Source of the DNA: Candidatus Abzuiibacterium crystallinum
GTDB taxonomy: Bacteria; Omnitrophota; Omnitrophia; Omnitrophales; Abzuiibacteriaceae
Assembly (NCBI GenBank): GCA_002787155.1
Contig: PCVY01000065.1
Coordinates: 1,286 to 65,285 of the forward strand
Direction of reading: 5' to 3'
DNA: 64,000 bases
Each line of letters begins with the position of its first letter. The first letter of the stretch is position 1. The notes below the pieces were generated by a model, which worked only from the letters and a program-made list of their open reading frames with translations, had not been told where the DNA came from and searched no databases. Shown in pieces: positions 26,977 to 36,342 of this stretch. The translations under genes were made by a program, and so were the position numbers.

Positions 26977-27744
26977 TTAAATCAAAACGACTTTGTCGCC
27001 GGGATTAATGCGCCGAAGCACATCTTCGCTCACGACCGCTGCCACGGAACTTTGATCGGTGGTACGTTCAATTAAGCCCACTCCCAATACTTCATCTTTA
27101 CGATAAAGTTCAATGGTTCTCCCGGATGCGGCCCCTTGAACCGAACCAATGTTGGTCACAATAAAACCATACTTTTTGTTGATGGAAGTAATTTTTCCTG
27201 AAACAATGTCGATGGTTGTTTGTTCGTCCTCGGAACCAATCGTTTTAAAAGTGACTTTGCTAAAAGGGCGTTTTTGATCCGGCTCTTGCAGATAGGAACC
27301 CGCGGCCGCTTTTTCGCCTAAGAGCGCCAATTTAATCGGTCTTAATTCAGCCGCTAAAATTCTACTGAAATTTGCATACATTTTTAGGTCTGACTCAAGT
27401 TCGGCTATGCGGTCTTCGGCCACTGCTTGCAGCTGTGTCATCTCGCCTGTTTTTTGCTGCAACTCTTGCTCGGCTTCTTTTTGCCGGGTGAGCGCCGCAT
27501 TCAGCTGGTCGGTTAATTTATCAAGTTGAGATTCAACATCTGTTAAATCCGATTTGGTTTTATTTAATTCGACCGACAGTTGTGCTTTTTCCGTTTGCAG
27601 CTGATTGACATGAGAGCCGAGCGCTTGGCGTGCTTTGGATTCTTCGGTGTATAACCAGTAACAAACACCAGCGCCCGCAACAGCCAATATCAAGGCAGGA
27701 AGAAGAAGTGAACTTAGTAAACTTTTTTTCTCAGAAATTGCCAT
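26977..27744 (-). CDS. Membrane-anchored coiled-coil protein with C-terminal beta domain (pilus-cluster associated, function unknown)
   Basis: N-terminal TM helix, ~130-aa heptad-rich segment and a C-terminal ~90-aa domain (…KITSINKKYGFIVTNIGSVQGAASGRTIELYRKDEVLGVGLI…). Lies directly upstream of pilMN on the same strand. Confidence 0.4.
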   Translation of the reverse strand: MAISEKKSLLSSLLLPALILAVAGAGVCYWLYTEESKARQALGSHVNQLQTEKAQLSVELNKTKSDLTDVESQLDKLTDQLNAALTRQKEAEQELQQKTGEMTQLQAVAEDRIAELESDLKMYANFSRILAAELRPIKLALLGEKAAAGSYLQEPDQKRPFSKVTFKTIGSEDEQTTIDIVSGKITSINKKYGFIVTNIGSVQGAASGRTIELYRKDEVLGVGLIERTTDQSSVAAVVSEDVLRRINPGDKVVLI

Positions 27745-27812
27745 AGAATGCCTGTCTTTTATTTATTAGCTTATCGACCACCAGGCCAACTTCTTGATTG
27801 ACTTGAGAAATT

Positions 27813-29648
27813 CTATTCCACGGTAACCGATTTAGCCAAATTGCGCGGCTGATCAACATCCCGCTGATTGCGCACCGCAATCTTATAAGCAAATAACTGC
27901 AGCGGCACCACTGACAAAATGGTCGAAAAAATTTCCAGTACTCTAGGAATGTAAAAGATCCAATTAGATAACTTTTTTACCTGCTCATCACCTTTTGAGG
28001 CAATGGTTAACACAATCGCGTCACGCGCTTTGATTTCTTGAATGTTGCTTAGCATTTTACCATAAGTTTTGGATTCTGAGGCAATGCAAATTACGGGCTG
28101 GGTGTGGTCAATGAGTGCGATGGGACCGTGCTTCATCTCGCCGCCGGCATAGCCATGGGCGTGGGCATAAGAGATTTCCTTAAGTTTAAGGGCCCCTTCA
28201 AGCGCGGTAGGGAAATTATATCCTCTTCCGATAAACAGGAAATTCTTCTTTTGATACAGCGCTTTGACAGCAACATCAAGCTGTTTTTCATTTTTTAAGA
28301 TCTCGGTAATGGCCGAGGGTATTTTTTGCAATTCTTTGAGTAAATCGCTAAGCGTCGTTTGAGAAATTCTTTTCTTGATCACGCCCAAATGAAAAGCAAA
28401 TAACATGAGCGTTAACAATTGTGCGATGTACGCTTTGGTGGATGCGACACCGATTTCAGGACCCGCGTGCGTATACAAGACAAAATCGGCTTCACGGGCA
28501 ATCGTACTGCCGACAACGTTGACAATCGCAAGCGTCATTGCGCCATTTTCTTTGGCTTCACGAAACGCCGCGATGGTGTCCGCTGTTTCGCCTGACTGAG
28601 AAATGAGAACCACCAAGTCATCCCGAGTGACAATGGGATCGGTATAACGAAATTCGCTGGACACTTGGACTTCGGTAGGAATGCGCGTATATTCTTCCAG
28701 CATGTAGCGTCCGATCAACCCGGCATGATGCGCCGTACCGCAGCTGACAATAAAAACTTTCTTAACTTTTGCAAGACGTTTGTTTACAGCTTGATGAAAG
28801 GTATCAAAGTAAATCTTACCCTGTTTAATCCGTTTTTCCAGCGTTTGACGAGCCACGTGCGGTTGTTCAAAGATTTCTTTCAGCATGTAATGAGGAAACC
28901 CGCCTTTCTTTGCTTCATCTAATGTCCATTTAATTTCGGTCGGTTGACGCCGAATAGACTTCTGATGAAGCAAAGTGCTAATGTGAATATGATCTTTCGT
29001 CAAAACTGCCAATTCATTGTCTTGTAAGTAAATAACCCGGCGGGTATACGGCAATAATGCCGTCACGTCACTGGCGGCAAAATTTTCTCCTTTGCCGACC
29101 CCCAACACCAAAGGATTGGATCGTTTAAAAGCGAAAAGCTTTTCCGGTTCATCTACCGAAATCATCACAATCGCAAAGTAACCGTTTAATCTTTGAATGG
29201 CTTTACGGAAAGCTTCTTCCAAATCACCATGATTCAGTTCCTCAACCAAATGCGGAATCACTTCCGTATCGGTTTCCGATTTAAAACGATGCCCGCGGGT
29301 TTTTAGGAATTCTTTGACCTCGGCAAAATTTTCAATGATCCCGTTATGAACGACAGCGATTCGGTTTTTGGTATCCGTATGAGGGTGTGCGTTTGCACGC
29401 GAGGGGGCTCCGTGTGTTGCCCAGCGTGTGTGTGCAATGCCAATGGTTGAAGAAACGGTTTTGCCGTTTAGCGCCGAAGTGAGTTGAGCAAGTTTACCCT
29501 TCTCTTTTGCTACAAAAAGAGATTTCTTGCCGTTTTCGAGACAAGCCACGCCGGCGGAATCGTAGCCTCGGTATTCCAGCCGTTCCAAGCCCTGCAGTAA
29601 GACCGGGAGTGTATTGCGATAGCCAATATAACCAACGATACCGCACAT
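27813..29648 (-). CDS. glmS: Glutamine--fructose-6-phosphate aminotransferase
   Basis: N-terminal MCGIVGYIG nucleophile Cys, two SIS domains and a C-terminal …VE. 611 aa. Confidence 0.95.
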   Translation of the reverse strand: MCGIVGYIGYRNTLPVLLQGLERLEYRGYDSAGVACLENGKKSLFVAKEKGKLAQLTSALNGKTVSSTIGIAHTRWATHGAPSRANAHPHTDTKNRIAVVHNGIIENFAEVKEFLKTRGHRFKSETDTEVIPHLVEELNHGDLEEAFRKAIQRLNGYFAIVMISVDEPEKLFAFKRSNPLVLGVGKGENFAASDVTALLPYTRRVIYLQDNELAVLTKDHIHISTLLHQKSIRRQPTEIKWTLDEAKKGGFPHYMLKEIFEQPHVARQTLEKRIKQGKIYFDTFHQAVNKRLAKVKKVFIVSCGTAHHAGLIGRYMLEEYTRIPTEVQVSSEFRYTDPIVTRDDLVVLISQSGETADTIAAFREAKENGAMTLAIVNVVGSTIAREADFVLYTHAGPEIGVASTKAYIAQLLTLMLFAFHLGVIKKRISQTTLSDLLKELQKIPSAITEILKNEKQLDVAVKALYQKKNFLFIGRGYNFPTALEGALKLKEISYAHAHGYAGGEMKHGPIALIDHTQPVICIASESKTYGKMLSNIQEIKARDAIVLTIASKGDEQVKKLSNWIFYIPRVLEIFSTILSVVPLQLFAYKIAVRNQRDVDQPRNLAKSVTVE

Positions 29649-29908
29649 AAAATTAAGTTAAAACCTTTCCAGATCGATTATAATAGGTAGACTTCTTTTC
29701 TGTGTCATTACGGGTCCTGCCAAAGGCTGGATGTGGCAATCTCAAGCGAAAAAGATTGCTTCGTCCCCGCCAGGAATCGTGGCGGATCCTCGCAATGGCT
29801 CATAAAACACTTGCGAAGCATTTTAACAAGTCTGAATCTTTGAAGAAACATCTTTTTGTGCTAATATCAAGTGAATAGCCAAAGGATGAAACCCATTGGA
29901 GGCATCAC

Positions 29909-30550
29909 ATGAAAAACAAACGGCGCCATTTTTTCGTCGATAAGCCTTTACAGACGCGTTTTGCCGTGTACGTCGCACTGATTTTAATTGTGGTTTGCGG
30001 CATTTCGGGTGTCGGATTGTATTACGGCATTTGGGGCTCTGTCATCAGATCTTTTTCGGATGAACAAATTTATAATGAAATTCGAATGGCCGCCCGTATT
30101 CAAGATTATGAACATTCCCGCCAAGTTCAGCAGCCGGAACCCGAACTCGGTTCCCTGCGTTTGTTCCGCGAGGTTGATTTATTGAGTGCCCGTCAGCGTG
30201 AAATGCTGGCTGAGATTCTGGAAAGCACCAACAAGAAATTATTATGGCAAGCCTTATTTCTCATCTTTTTGGTGGCTTGCAGCAGTATTTACTTGACGCA
30301 TAAAGTAGCGGGCCCTTTTGTGCACTTTCGAAAAGCCTTTCAGGCCGCTAAAGAAGGAGAATTGCACACACGCATTCATTTAAGGAAACACGATGAAGGC
30401 GGTGCGGTTGCCGCTGCTTTTAACGAAATGATCGGCACTTTCGACGAATCGGTTTCTCAGCTAAAGAAGATCGCGCGTGAAACTCCGCAAGGTGACCTTA
30501 AGAAAAAGATAGAGACGGAATTGACTCGATTTAAAACCTCCACCGATTGA
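29909..30550 (+). CDS. Two-TM membrane protein with a HAMP-like linker and no output domain
   Basis: TM1 (FAVYVALILIVVCGISGVGLYY) and TM2 (LLWQALFLIFLVACSSIYLT), followed by a HAMP-like AGPFVHFRKAFQAAKEGELHTRIHL…AAAFNEMIGTF. Confidence 0.5.
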   Translation: MKNKRRHFFVDKPLQTRFAVYVALILIVVCGISGVGLYYGIWGSVIRSFSDEQIYNEIRMAARIQDYEHSRQVQQPEPELGSLRLFREVDLLSARQREMLAEILESTNKKLLWQALFLIFLVACSSIYLTHKVAGPFVHFRKAFQAAKEGELHTRIHLRKHDEGGAVAAAFNEMIGTFDESVSQLKKIARETPQGDLKKKIETELTRFKTSTD

Positions 30551-30566
30551 TTCGTCTCCGAATAAC

Positions 30567-31844
30567 GTGAAGCGTTTTGTTTGCGGTATTTTAAGTTTGG
30601 TATTCATTCTTCATGCTTCGGCGATCCCGCTTTCGGCCGGTCAAGCTGATTCTCTTGCTGAATCGGACCGCCATTTTCTAAATCAAGTTCAACGGGATAG
30701 TTTCTATTATTTTCTCAAGTTTAGAAATCCCCATACCGGGCTCACCCTTGACTCCTCTTCGCCGGGCTCACCGGCTTCCATCGCTGCTACCGGATTTGCA
30801 TTGGCCAGTTTCGCGATAGCCAAAGGGAATGGTTGGATGGGTTATCGCGACGCCTATGAAGCCGTTGAACAAGTGTTAACAACTCTCGAAAGCAAGGCGG
30901 CTGGACACCGCGGGTTTTATTATCACTTCCTAGAGCCCAATTCCGGCAAACGTGCTTGGTCATCTGAATTATCATCCATCGATACCGCTTTGCTGATGGC
31001 AGGCGTTTTGTTGGCAGGTGAATATTTTAAAGGGACCGACTTATATACGCGTGCGCAAGCCTTGTATGAGAAAGTCGACTGGGATTGGATGTTGAATCAG
31101 TCGCTTTTGATGTCACATGGCTGGAAACCCAGTTCGGGATTTCTGCCTCATTATTGGGATATGTACTCTGAACATCTCGTTTTACAGGCTTTGGCCTTGG
31201 GCTCACCTACCCATGGCATTCCAAAGAAAGCATGGGGTGAGTGGGTGCGTTACGAAGATGAATTTGAAGGTCATCATGTGGTTTATTCATTCTCAGGCAG
31301 TCTATTTACCTATCAATACTCACACATGTTTCTTGATTTCAGCCGCTTGAATGACCAAGGGATTAATTATTTTGAAAATTCACGAAATGCTACATTGGCC
31401 AATCAAGCTTTTTGCGCCATGTATCCGGATCTTTATGGTGACGGCAACTACACTTGGTGGGGCCTTTCGGCATCTTTGGGGCCAAATGGCTACAAAGCCT
31501 ACGGCGCTAAACCGGGCACGGCTCTTCACGACGGTACCATTGCGCCTTACGCGATTGCCGGTTCTATTATTTTTACGCCGGAAGCTTCTTTGGAAGCACT
31601 TAAACGTTTATATGAAACATATGGTAATCAAATTTACGGAGAATTCGGTTTCAAAGATGCTTTTAATGTAACCCGAGATTGGTGGGCGGATGAATACATC
31701 GGGATCGACCAAGGCAGCATTGTCTTGATGTTGGAAAACTATCTGCACGACGGCATCATTTGGGAAAAAATGATGCGCCATCCGGCCATTCAGCGATGGA
31801 TGACATTGTGTGATCTTCAAGCCAAAGAAAATCGTCTTTCTTAA
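30567..31844 (+). CDS. Secreted six-hairpin glycoside-hydrolase-like protein (DUF3131/GH144-like, tentative)
   Basis: Signal peptide. Alpha/alpha-barrel-type repeats with aromatic and acidic residues (…GFYYHFLEPNSGKRAWSSELSSIDTALLMAGVLLAGEYF…). The family call is from memory only. Confidence 0.45.
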   Translation: MKRFVCGILSLVFILHASAIPLSAGQADSLAESDRHFLNQVQRDSFYYFLKFRNPHTGLTLDSSSPGSPASIAATGFALASFAIAKGNGWMGYRDAYEAVEQVLTTLESKAAGHRGFYYHFLEPNSGKRAWSSELSSIDTALLMAGVLLAGEYFKGTDLYTRAQALYEKVDWDWMLNQSLLMSHGWKPSSGFLPHYWDMYSEHLVLQALALGSPTHGIPKKAWGEWVRYEDEFEGHHVVYSFSGSLFTYQYSHMFLDFSRLNDQGINYFENSRNATLANQAFCAMYPDLYGDGNYTWWGLSASLGPNGYKAYGAKPGTALHDGTIAPYAIAGSIIFTPEASLEALKRLYETYGNQIYGEFGFKDAFNVTRDWWADEYIGIDQGSIVLMLENYLHDGIIWEKMMRHPAIQRWMTLCDLQAKENRLS

Positions 31845-31893
31845 GCGTTACCGGGATCGGGACAAACTCTGGACTTGGAGCTACTGTTTGAAA

Positions 31894-32202
31894 TTACTCT
31901 TTCCCCAGAAATCTGGCAGCAATGCGTTCTGCCGTTTCCATAATAATTTCTTTGGTCAGGTAATCCCCTTTTCGGATCGCTTCTTTTAATTCACGAATCC
32001 GACCACAGTTTGGCTCCGGCACATCGCGGAGAAGACGTTGATACTTTTCAACCTCTTCTTTTAGATTTCGCTCCCCTGCTTCGTTCATGGTAGTTGCCAA
32101 TTCCTCTGTTGCATCCATTTCGTCCGGGGGCGCGCAATAAACTTTTGCCACTGGATTCATTCCTTTCGTGTCATCATAATCTTCTATGCTAATGATCGAC
32201 AA
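31894..32202 (-). CDS. flgM: Anti-sigma-28 factor FlgM-like
   Basis: The C-terminal RIRELKEAIRKGDYLTKEIIMETAERIAARFL matches the FlgM C-terminal helix motif. Located immediately downstream of fliA. The start codon is uncertain: the track uses TTG, and the first in-frame ATG is at codon 14. Confidence 0.6.
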   Translation of the reverse strand: MSIISIEDYDDTKGMNPVAKVYCAPPDEMDATEELATTMNEAGERNLKEEVEKYQRLLRDVPEPNCGRIRELKEAIRKGDYLTKEIIMETAERIAARFLGKE

Positions 32203-32329
32203 GATTTGGAATTACTTTAAAAAGCTTGAAAAATAAGGAGGGAATAGGGCGTTCTTTTTTGGAACGCTCTTCGGCAGGTAAATCATTTGCTCAAGTTTGT
32301 TTCATTAAAATGCTTGAGCGGGTGAGTTT

Positions 32330-33118
32330 TTAGGCTTCTAAGGCAATCTCACCAAACCGTTTCATCAAATGTCCTTTTAAACGTGTAATGACTTTTGTGT
32401 GAATCTGACAAATGCGGGATTCGGACACATTCAAAACTTGTCCAATTTCGCGCAAAGTCAAGTTCTCAAAATAATACAACACGACAACCAGTTTTTCTTT
32501 TTCCGGCAAAATGTCAATGGCTTTGGAGAGCAAGTCTCTCACTTCAGCTTGTTGAACATTTTTCAATTGGTTCGTCATCACCGCATCTTCAACGGTTTGC
32601 AGCCGTGAGATCGGTTTGTTCCCGTCATCATTTTGCCACACTTCATCGAGCGATAAGAACGTCGTCGAATTAAGCTCGCTGTAAATGCCGCTTAAGTCTT
32701 CCACGCTCATTTTGAGGGAATCCGCCAACTCGTGATCAGTGGCTACGCGGCCGAGACGTTCTTCCAATTCTTTGCATTTCCGGTCAATCTCGCGTGCGCG
32801 CTTACGCAACAGGCGCGGCGCCCAATCCAGTTTCCGCAATTCATCCATCATGGAACCGCGAATACGCGTCACCGCATAGGTCTCAAATTTATTACCTTGG
32901 TTGACATCGTATTTTTCGATCGCATCAAAAAGTCCCAGAATGCCGTAACTCACCAAATCATTAAATTCCACATTGGGCGGCAGCCCGATGGAAACACGGC
33001 CGGCAACATATTTGACGAGATATAAATACTTTTTGACGATTTCTTCGCGGATCGCCCGGCTTTTGGTTCTTTTGTATTTACGCCATAGTTTGACATCGCT
33101 TTCTTTCATGATCATCAT
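32330..33118 (-). CDS. fliA: RNA polymerase sigma factor, FliA/WhiG (sigma-28) family
   Basis: Sigma-70 regions 2, 3 and 4 (…YVAGRV…NDLVSYGILGLFDAIEKYD…LTLREIGQVLNVSESRICQIH…), ~260 aa, with an adjacent FlgM gene. Confidence 0.8.
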   Translation of the reverse strand: MMIMKESDVKLWRKYKRTKSRAIREEIVKKYLYLVKYVAGRVSIGLPPNVEFNDLVSYGILGLFDAIEKYDVNQGNKFETYAVTRIRGSMMDELRKLDWAPRLLRKRAREIDRKCKELEERLGRVATDHELADSLKMSVEDLSGIYSELNSTTFLSLDEVWQNDDGNKPISRLQTVEDAVMTNQLKNVQQAEVRDLLSKAIDILPEKEKLVVVLYYFENLTLREIGQVLNVSESRICQIHTKVITRLKGHLMKRFGEIALEA

Positions 33119-33194
33119 CCCCTTTCTAGTTCGAATTTTTCAAATTTTAAGTTCATGAGTTCAGTTAAACTTTTATAGATAAGGCCGGTATGAC

Positions 33195-33431
33195 TCATGG
33201 CGCTTCACTTTCCAATAATTTTTTAATCTGCATCAGGGTGTAATGTTTGGACTGCAAAACTTTTATCTTTTCGAGCCGATCAAAAACATTTTCATCATAA
33301 AGACGATGGCCGGAAATCGTCCGCCTGGCTTCTGAAATCAAGCCTGCAAGCGTATAGTTGTGAATGGTTTGTCTTGAAAGACCAGAATATTCCATAACTT
33401 CTCCGATCTTAAAGAGCTTCTCCCGCTTCAT
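33195..33431 (-). CDS. MerR-family transcriptional regulator (short)
   Basis: HTH KLFKIGEVMEYSGLSRQTIHNYTLAGLISEARRTISGHRLYDENV. Start refined to MKREKLF; the longer track ORF begins inside the upstream gene. Confidence 0.65.
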   Translation of the reverse strand: MKREKLFKIGEVMEYSGLSRQTIHNYTLAGLISEARRTISGHRLYDENVFDRLEKIKVLQSKHYTLMQIKKLLESEAP

Positions 33432-33996
33432 CGTTCTCTCTGAACCGTTTGCTAAGCGTCTCGTGTAGTTGAATGGCTTCCTGGTTAAAAGGGTCAAGGA
33501 GCAGCAATTTTTCCAATGTAAAACGAGCTTGCCCGTACTTTTCTTCCTTGAGGTAATCTCTAATTTCTGTCCAATAAGAAATGACTTTGTTCTTGGCCTC
33601 TTCTTCATAAACGCCTTTTACAATACCCGTCTCGTCTTTCCCTTCCCGCTGCATGACTTGACGGACGACATCGATTTTGGCGGAAGCCCGTACATTGCCG
33701 GGGTCGATGGTAAACACTTCTTCATAAGCTTCTAGCGCTTGCTTATATTTTTTTTCATCTCTCAATTCATCACCCAGCTGAAGCAGTTGGTCAATGGTGG
33801 TTTCTGCGCGTTCTGCCGAATATTCTTTTTCCAATTTTTTCACTTGTTCAAAAGCATTGTCGCGGGCAAGCGCACTGACAGAGAGGGAATGACATAAAAG
33901 TAAAATCATCGCGATAAGAGTAAAATGATGTTTTGGGTTAATGTGACGATTGCGGGAATGGAGCTGACTATCTTGGTTGACGTCATTGACCATCAT
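33409..33996 (-). CDS. Secreted TPR-like repeat protein
   Basis: An internal signal-peptide-like segment (MILLLCHSLSVSALA) followed by helical repeats (…YKQALEAYEEVFTIDPGNVRA…). The true start is uncertain. Confidence 0.4.
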   Translation of the reverse strand: MMVNDVNQDSQLHSRNRHINPKHHFTLIAMILLLCHSLSVSALARDNAFEQVKKLEKEYSAERAETTIDQLLQLGDELRDEKKYKQALEAYEEVFTIDPGNVRASAKIDVVRQVMQREGKDETGIVKGVYEEEAKNKVISYWTEIRDYLKEEKYGQARFTLEKLLLLDPFNQEAIQLHETLSKRFRENDEAGEAL

Positions 33997-34262
33997 CTCG
34001 TCTTTGATTTTTTATTTCCATTTTTATTTAATGTAATTTACAAAATGTAAAGTACATATCATAAACAGAAATCTATATTCATCATCGGTTTAAGTCAAGG
34101 ATTTTTTAGGGGTTGGGAGGCAGATTTTAAGGAGACTACCAAATCATGTGCCCTTTTATCTGTAAACCCCTATATATGGTGTGCTAAAGAATCATCAGTT
34201 AAGTTATTTTTCCTCTTTGACGATTGAGAACATAGTCGCTCTTTTAAGCCTGCGAGGATAAA

Positions 34263-34475
34263 ATGACTTATCAAAAAATATTTGATCTCAAATTTAAGAA
34301 GAAAGTATCAACGGTTGAATTGCAAAAATATTTTCCAAACGAGAACGGAAAAATTTGCAAAATTGCTTTGATGGAACTGCCGGAAAAAACTCTGAAGAAG
34401 CTTGTGCCCAACAAGCGGACGGTGAAGGAAGTAATCCAGTTGAAGAAGTCTCTCGAGAAAAAATCTTATTCTTGA
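34263..34475 (+). CDS. Small basic hypothetical protein (70 aa)
   Basis: Lys-rich ORF with a GAGGA-like ribosome-binding site. Overlaps the accA 3' end by 10 nt on the opposite strand. Confidence 0.3.
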   Translation: MTYQKIFDLKFKKKVSTVELQKYFPNENGKICKIALMELPEKTLKKLVPNKRTVKEVIQLKKSLEKKSYS

Positions 34476-35488
34476 AAAACGCCCATCTCTCTGAATTTTT
34501 CGTAACGTGTTTCTACCAATTCTTTCTCGCTTAAATCTTCCAGCGACTTCAATGATGCCTCAAGTGCTTTGGCAAGTTCTTTTGCTGTCGTTTCAAAATC
34601 ACGATGGGCACCGCCTAAAGGTTCTTTGATAATTTTATCAATCACTTTAAATTCTAACAAATCTTCGGCAGTCATTTTCAAAGCTTCAGAAGCATCGGCA
34701 GCCCGAGCGCTGTCTTTCCATAAAATAGCCGCACAACCTTCCGGTGAAATCACCGAGTAATAAGCATTTTCTAGCATTAAAACGTCATTCGCAACGCCTA
34801 TCCCGAGCGCCCCGCCGCTGCCCCCTTCCCCAATCACAATGGTCACAATGGGAACCGTCAGTTCCATCATTTCCCGTAAATTATAAGCAATGGCTTCTGC
34901 TTGACCTCTTTCTTCTGCACCGATACCCGGATAAGCACCCGGTGTATCGATGAAGGTGACGATGGGGATGTGAAATTTTTCCGCGAGCCGCATGATGCGG
35001 ATCGCTTTGCGGTAGCCTTCCGGATGAGCGCTGCCGAAACTGCGCATTAAATTTTCTTTGGTATCGCGGCCTTTTTGATGACCGATCACGCACACTTTCC
35101 GCCCGTTAAACTTGCCGAATCCGCAAACCATGGCTTTGTCATCGCTGAAATGTCTGTCACCGTGAATTTCTAGAAAATCTTCTATTAAATAACGAACGTA
35201 ATCCAGCATGAACGGTCTTAACGGATGGCGCGCTACCTGCACACGCTGCCACGGTGTTAAATGTTCGTAAGTTTTCCGTATCATGACTTCCAATTTTTTT
35301 TCAGCACTTTTAATTTCTTCGGAGAGGTCGATTTCTTTCTTGGAGCGCATTTCCTTTAACATGTTCTCCAGTTCGACAATGGGTTTTTCGAAAGGCAGGT
35401 AAACTTCGGTGGTATCTTTTTCGGTAATTTTGATTTTCTCTCTTTTTTGACTAACGGATTTGCTGCGTTTTTTCTTTTTAGCCGCCAT
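34466..35488 (-). CDS. accA: Acetyl-CoA carboxylase carboxyltransferase alpha subunit
   Basis: FIDTPGAYPGIGAEERGQAEAIA motif. 340 aa. Confidence 0.95.
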   Translation of the reverse strand: MAAKKKKRSKSVSQKREKIKITEKDTTEVYLPFEKPIVELENMLKEMRSKKEIDLSEEIKSAEKKLEVMIRKTYEHLTPWQRVQVARHPLRPFMLDYVRYLIEDFLEIHGDRHFSDDKAMVCGFGKFNGRKVCVIGHQKGRDTKENLMRSFGSAHPEGYRKAIRIMRLAEKFHIPIVTFIDTPGAYPGIGAEERGQAEAIAYNLREMMELTVPIVTIVIGEGGSGGALGIGVANDVLMLENAYYSVISPEGCAAILWKDSARAADASEALKMTAEDLLEFKVIDKIIKEPLGGAHRDFETTAKELAKALEASLKSLEDLSEKELVETRYEKFREMGVFQE

Positions 35489-35502
35489 GCTGATACCGAC
35501 TC

Positions 35503-36342
35503 CTATTCTTTAATGACAACCGGCGTTCCCGCCGGCACAATCAAATATAACTCTTCAACATCCTGGTTAAGCATTCGAATGCAGCCTTGAGATTCATGTT
35601 TACCGATGGTCTCGGGAGCTGTCGTACCATGAATGCCATATCCCTGAAGAGAAAAACCCATCCAACGGGTGCCCAATTCATTCTTAGGACTATCCGGCGG
35701 AATGACGGCTCCCGAATTATACCAAGTAGGATTTTCTAATTTATTTACGATCTCCGTCCGGCCGATAGGGGTTGAATCGTCCTTGCCCGTACCTACACGG
35801 TAGGTTTTAAGCAGCATCCCATCGGCAAAAAGACCCAAGAGATTAGCCGAACGGTCAACGGCAAGGCTCAATTCTGCCTTCAATACTTTCAGTTTTTGAC
35901 CCGGATAAATGGTGTCTTTGGTAAGAAGATTGCTTTTCCTAATTAAATCAACCGTGGTATGGTACTTTTTGGCAATATCATAAAGATTGTCTCCCTTTTC
36001 TACGACATGGACGGCGCTTTCTTCGGTTTGGACGGGGGAGAAAAGAATTTTCATATTAAGAGCTTCGTACTCCTTTTGTGCGGTTTCGCGCAAATCATTA
36101 GGAAGCCCTTCTAAGGTCAACAACGCGCGGTAACGATCACGTGCCCCGACCCATTCGCTGGCCTCTGCCATAAAACGTGCTTCGGACAGCAATGACTGAA
36201 AATCAGGGGTTGCGGTGACCGGAACGGACACCTCTTGAGCGGCTGCAGTTTCTCCTTCACCAAGCGCAAGAGAAGGATGCTGAAAGAAGACTGACAAACA
36301 TAAACATGGAATAAGTGCGTAAAGTTTTTTCATGATGAACAA
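35503..36342 (-). CDS. L,D-transpeptidase (YkuD) with LysM domain
   Basis: LysM (VEKGDNLYDIAKKYHTTVDLIRKSNLL…GQKLKV) and the YkuD catalytic region (…HGT…SQGCIRM). Confidence 0.85.
   Translation of the reverse strand: MFIMKKLYALIPCLCLSVFFQHPSLALGEGETAAAQEVSVPVTATPDFQSLLSEARFMAEASEWVGARDRYRALLTLEGLPNDLRETAQKEYEALNMKILFSPVQTEESAVHVVEKGDNLYDIAKKYHTTVDLIRKSNLLTKDTIYPGQKLKVLKAELSLAVDRSANLLGLFADGMLLKTYRVGTGKDDSTPIGRTEIVNKLENPTWYNSGAVIPPDSPKNELGTRWMGFSLQGYGIHGTTAPETIGKHESQGCIRMLNQDVEELYLIVPAGTPVVIKE

Noticed and set aside
29649-29908. Possible glmS ribozyme in the 5' UTR of glmS (minus strand)
   Set aside because: Read on the minus strand, the 260-nt leader lacks the conserved glmS-ribozyme core elements (the AGCGCCAGAACU-type P2.1 segment and the GACGAGG… core). 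I saw only a short CCGCCA…TGGCGG hairpin. A covariance-model scan (Rfam RF00234) would settle it.
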